Shown: positions 63,496-64,000 of the stretch, piece after piece | How the letters are laid out: each line of letters opens with the position of its first letter | How positions within the stretch are numbered: the first letter of the stretch is position 1 | Origin: Hemiscyllium ocellatum | Taxonomy: Eukaryota | DNA length: 64,000 nucleotides | Direction: 5' to 3' | NCBI RefSeq assembly: GCF_020745735.1 | Contig: NC_083437.1 | Span: 9,734,001 to 9,798,000, forward strand | The notes under the pieces: generated by a model | Seen by the model: the letters and a program-made list of their open reading frames with translations, nothing else | The model's database searches: none | What the model was told of the DNA's origin: nothing | Made by a program: the position numbers and the translations under genes

Positions 63496-64000
63496 GAGTC
63501 ATAGAGATGCACAGCAAGAAACAGACCCTTTGGTCCAACTCATCCATGCCAACCCAATCTCGTCCCAACTGCTAGCATCTGGCCCATATCCCGACAACCC
63601 CTTCCTATTCATATACCTGTCCAGGTGCCTTCTAAATGTAGCAATTGTACCAACCTCCACCGTCTCCTCTGACAGTCCATTCCACACATACACCACCCTC
63701 TGCGTGAAAAAGTTGCCCTTAGGTCTCTTACATCTTTCCCCTCTCACCCTAAACTTATGCCCCTTAGTTCTGGATTCCCCACCCCAGGGAAAAGACCTTG
63801 TCTATTTACCGTGTCCATGCTCCTCATGATTTTATAAACCTCTATAATGTCACCCCTCAGCCTCTAACGCTACAGGGAAAACAGCCTTAGACTGTTCAAC
63901 CTCTCCCTATAGCTCAAATCCTCCAACCCTGGAAACATCCTTGTAAATCTTTTCTGAACCCTTTCAAGTTTCACAATATTCTTCTGATAGGAAGGAGACC
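63496..64000 (-). mobile_element. CR1 LINE 3' end (runs off the window)
   Basis: Same family as 19006-19853. Minus ORF GNFFTQRVVYVWN..FRRHLDRYM. Confidence 0.92.

Overview
Eukaryotic DNA from a cartilaginous fish (shark), inferred from the repeat landscape: HE1/V-SINEs, CR1 LINEs, Penelope-like elements (PLEs) and Deu-domain SINE relics. The whole window lies inside the + strand of NPHP4 (nephrocystin-4). Seven phase-compatible internal coding exons can be chained: 3757-3889, 13262-13305, 15806-15925, 29410-29537, 50034-50225, 58969-59147 and 59901-60061, roughly human exons 11-17 from memory. Almost every entry in the ORF track is a retroelement fragment or its antisense shadow. Main observations: (1) about 15 PLE insertions, ten with readable 11-16 bp target-site duplications (TSDs). 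Many are reduced to ORF-less fold-back mini-elements, and they carry minimal hammerhead ribozyme motifs of at least four sequence families, several with intact cores in the sense of the NPHP4 pre-mRNA. (2) A ~2.2 kb tandem duplication copied an NPHP4 linker exon. The copy is still in frame, but its acceptor is broken and an in-frame NAGNAG lies 15-18 nt downstream. A non-coding block inside the duplication is much more conserved than the exon. (3) A 5'-inverted Penelope insertion with a twin-priming-like junction. (4) Two related solo LTRs and several nested insertions that give a relative chronology. Hammerheads and inverted pLTRs in PLEs are already known in general. The candidate novelty is their density, their mini-element forms and a possible effect on the host pre-mRNA. 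All coordinates were read by eye; boundaries of old repeats are approximate.
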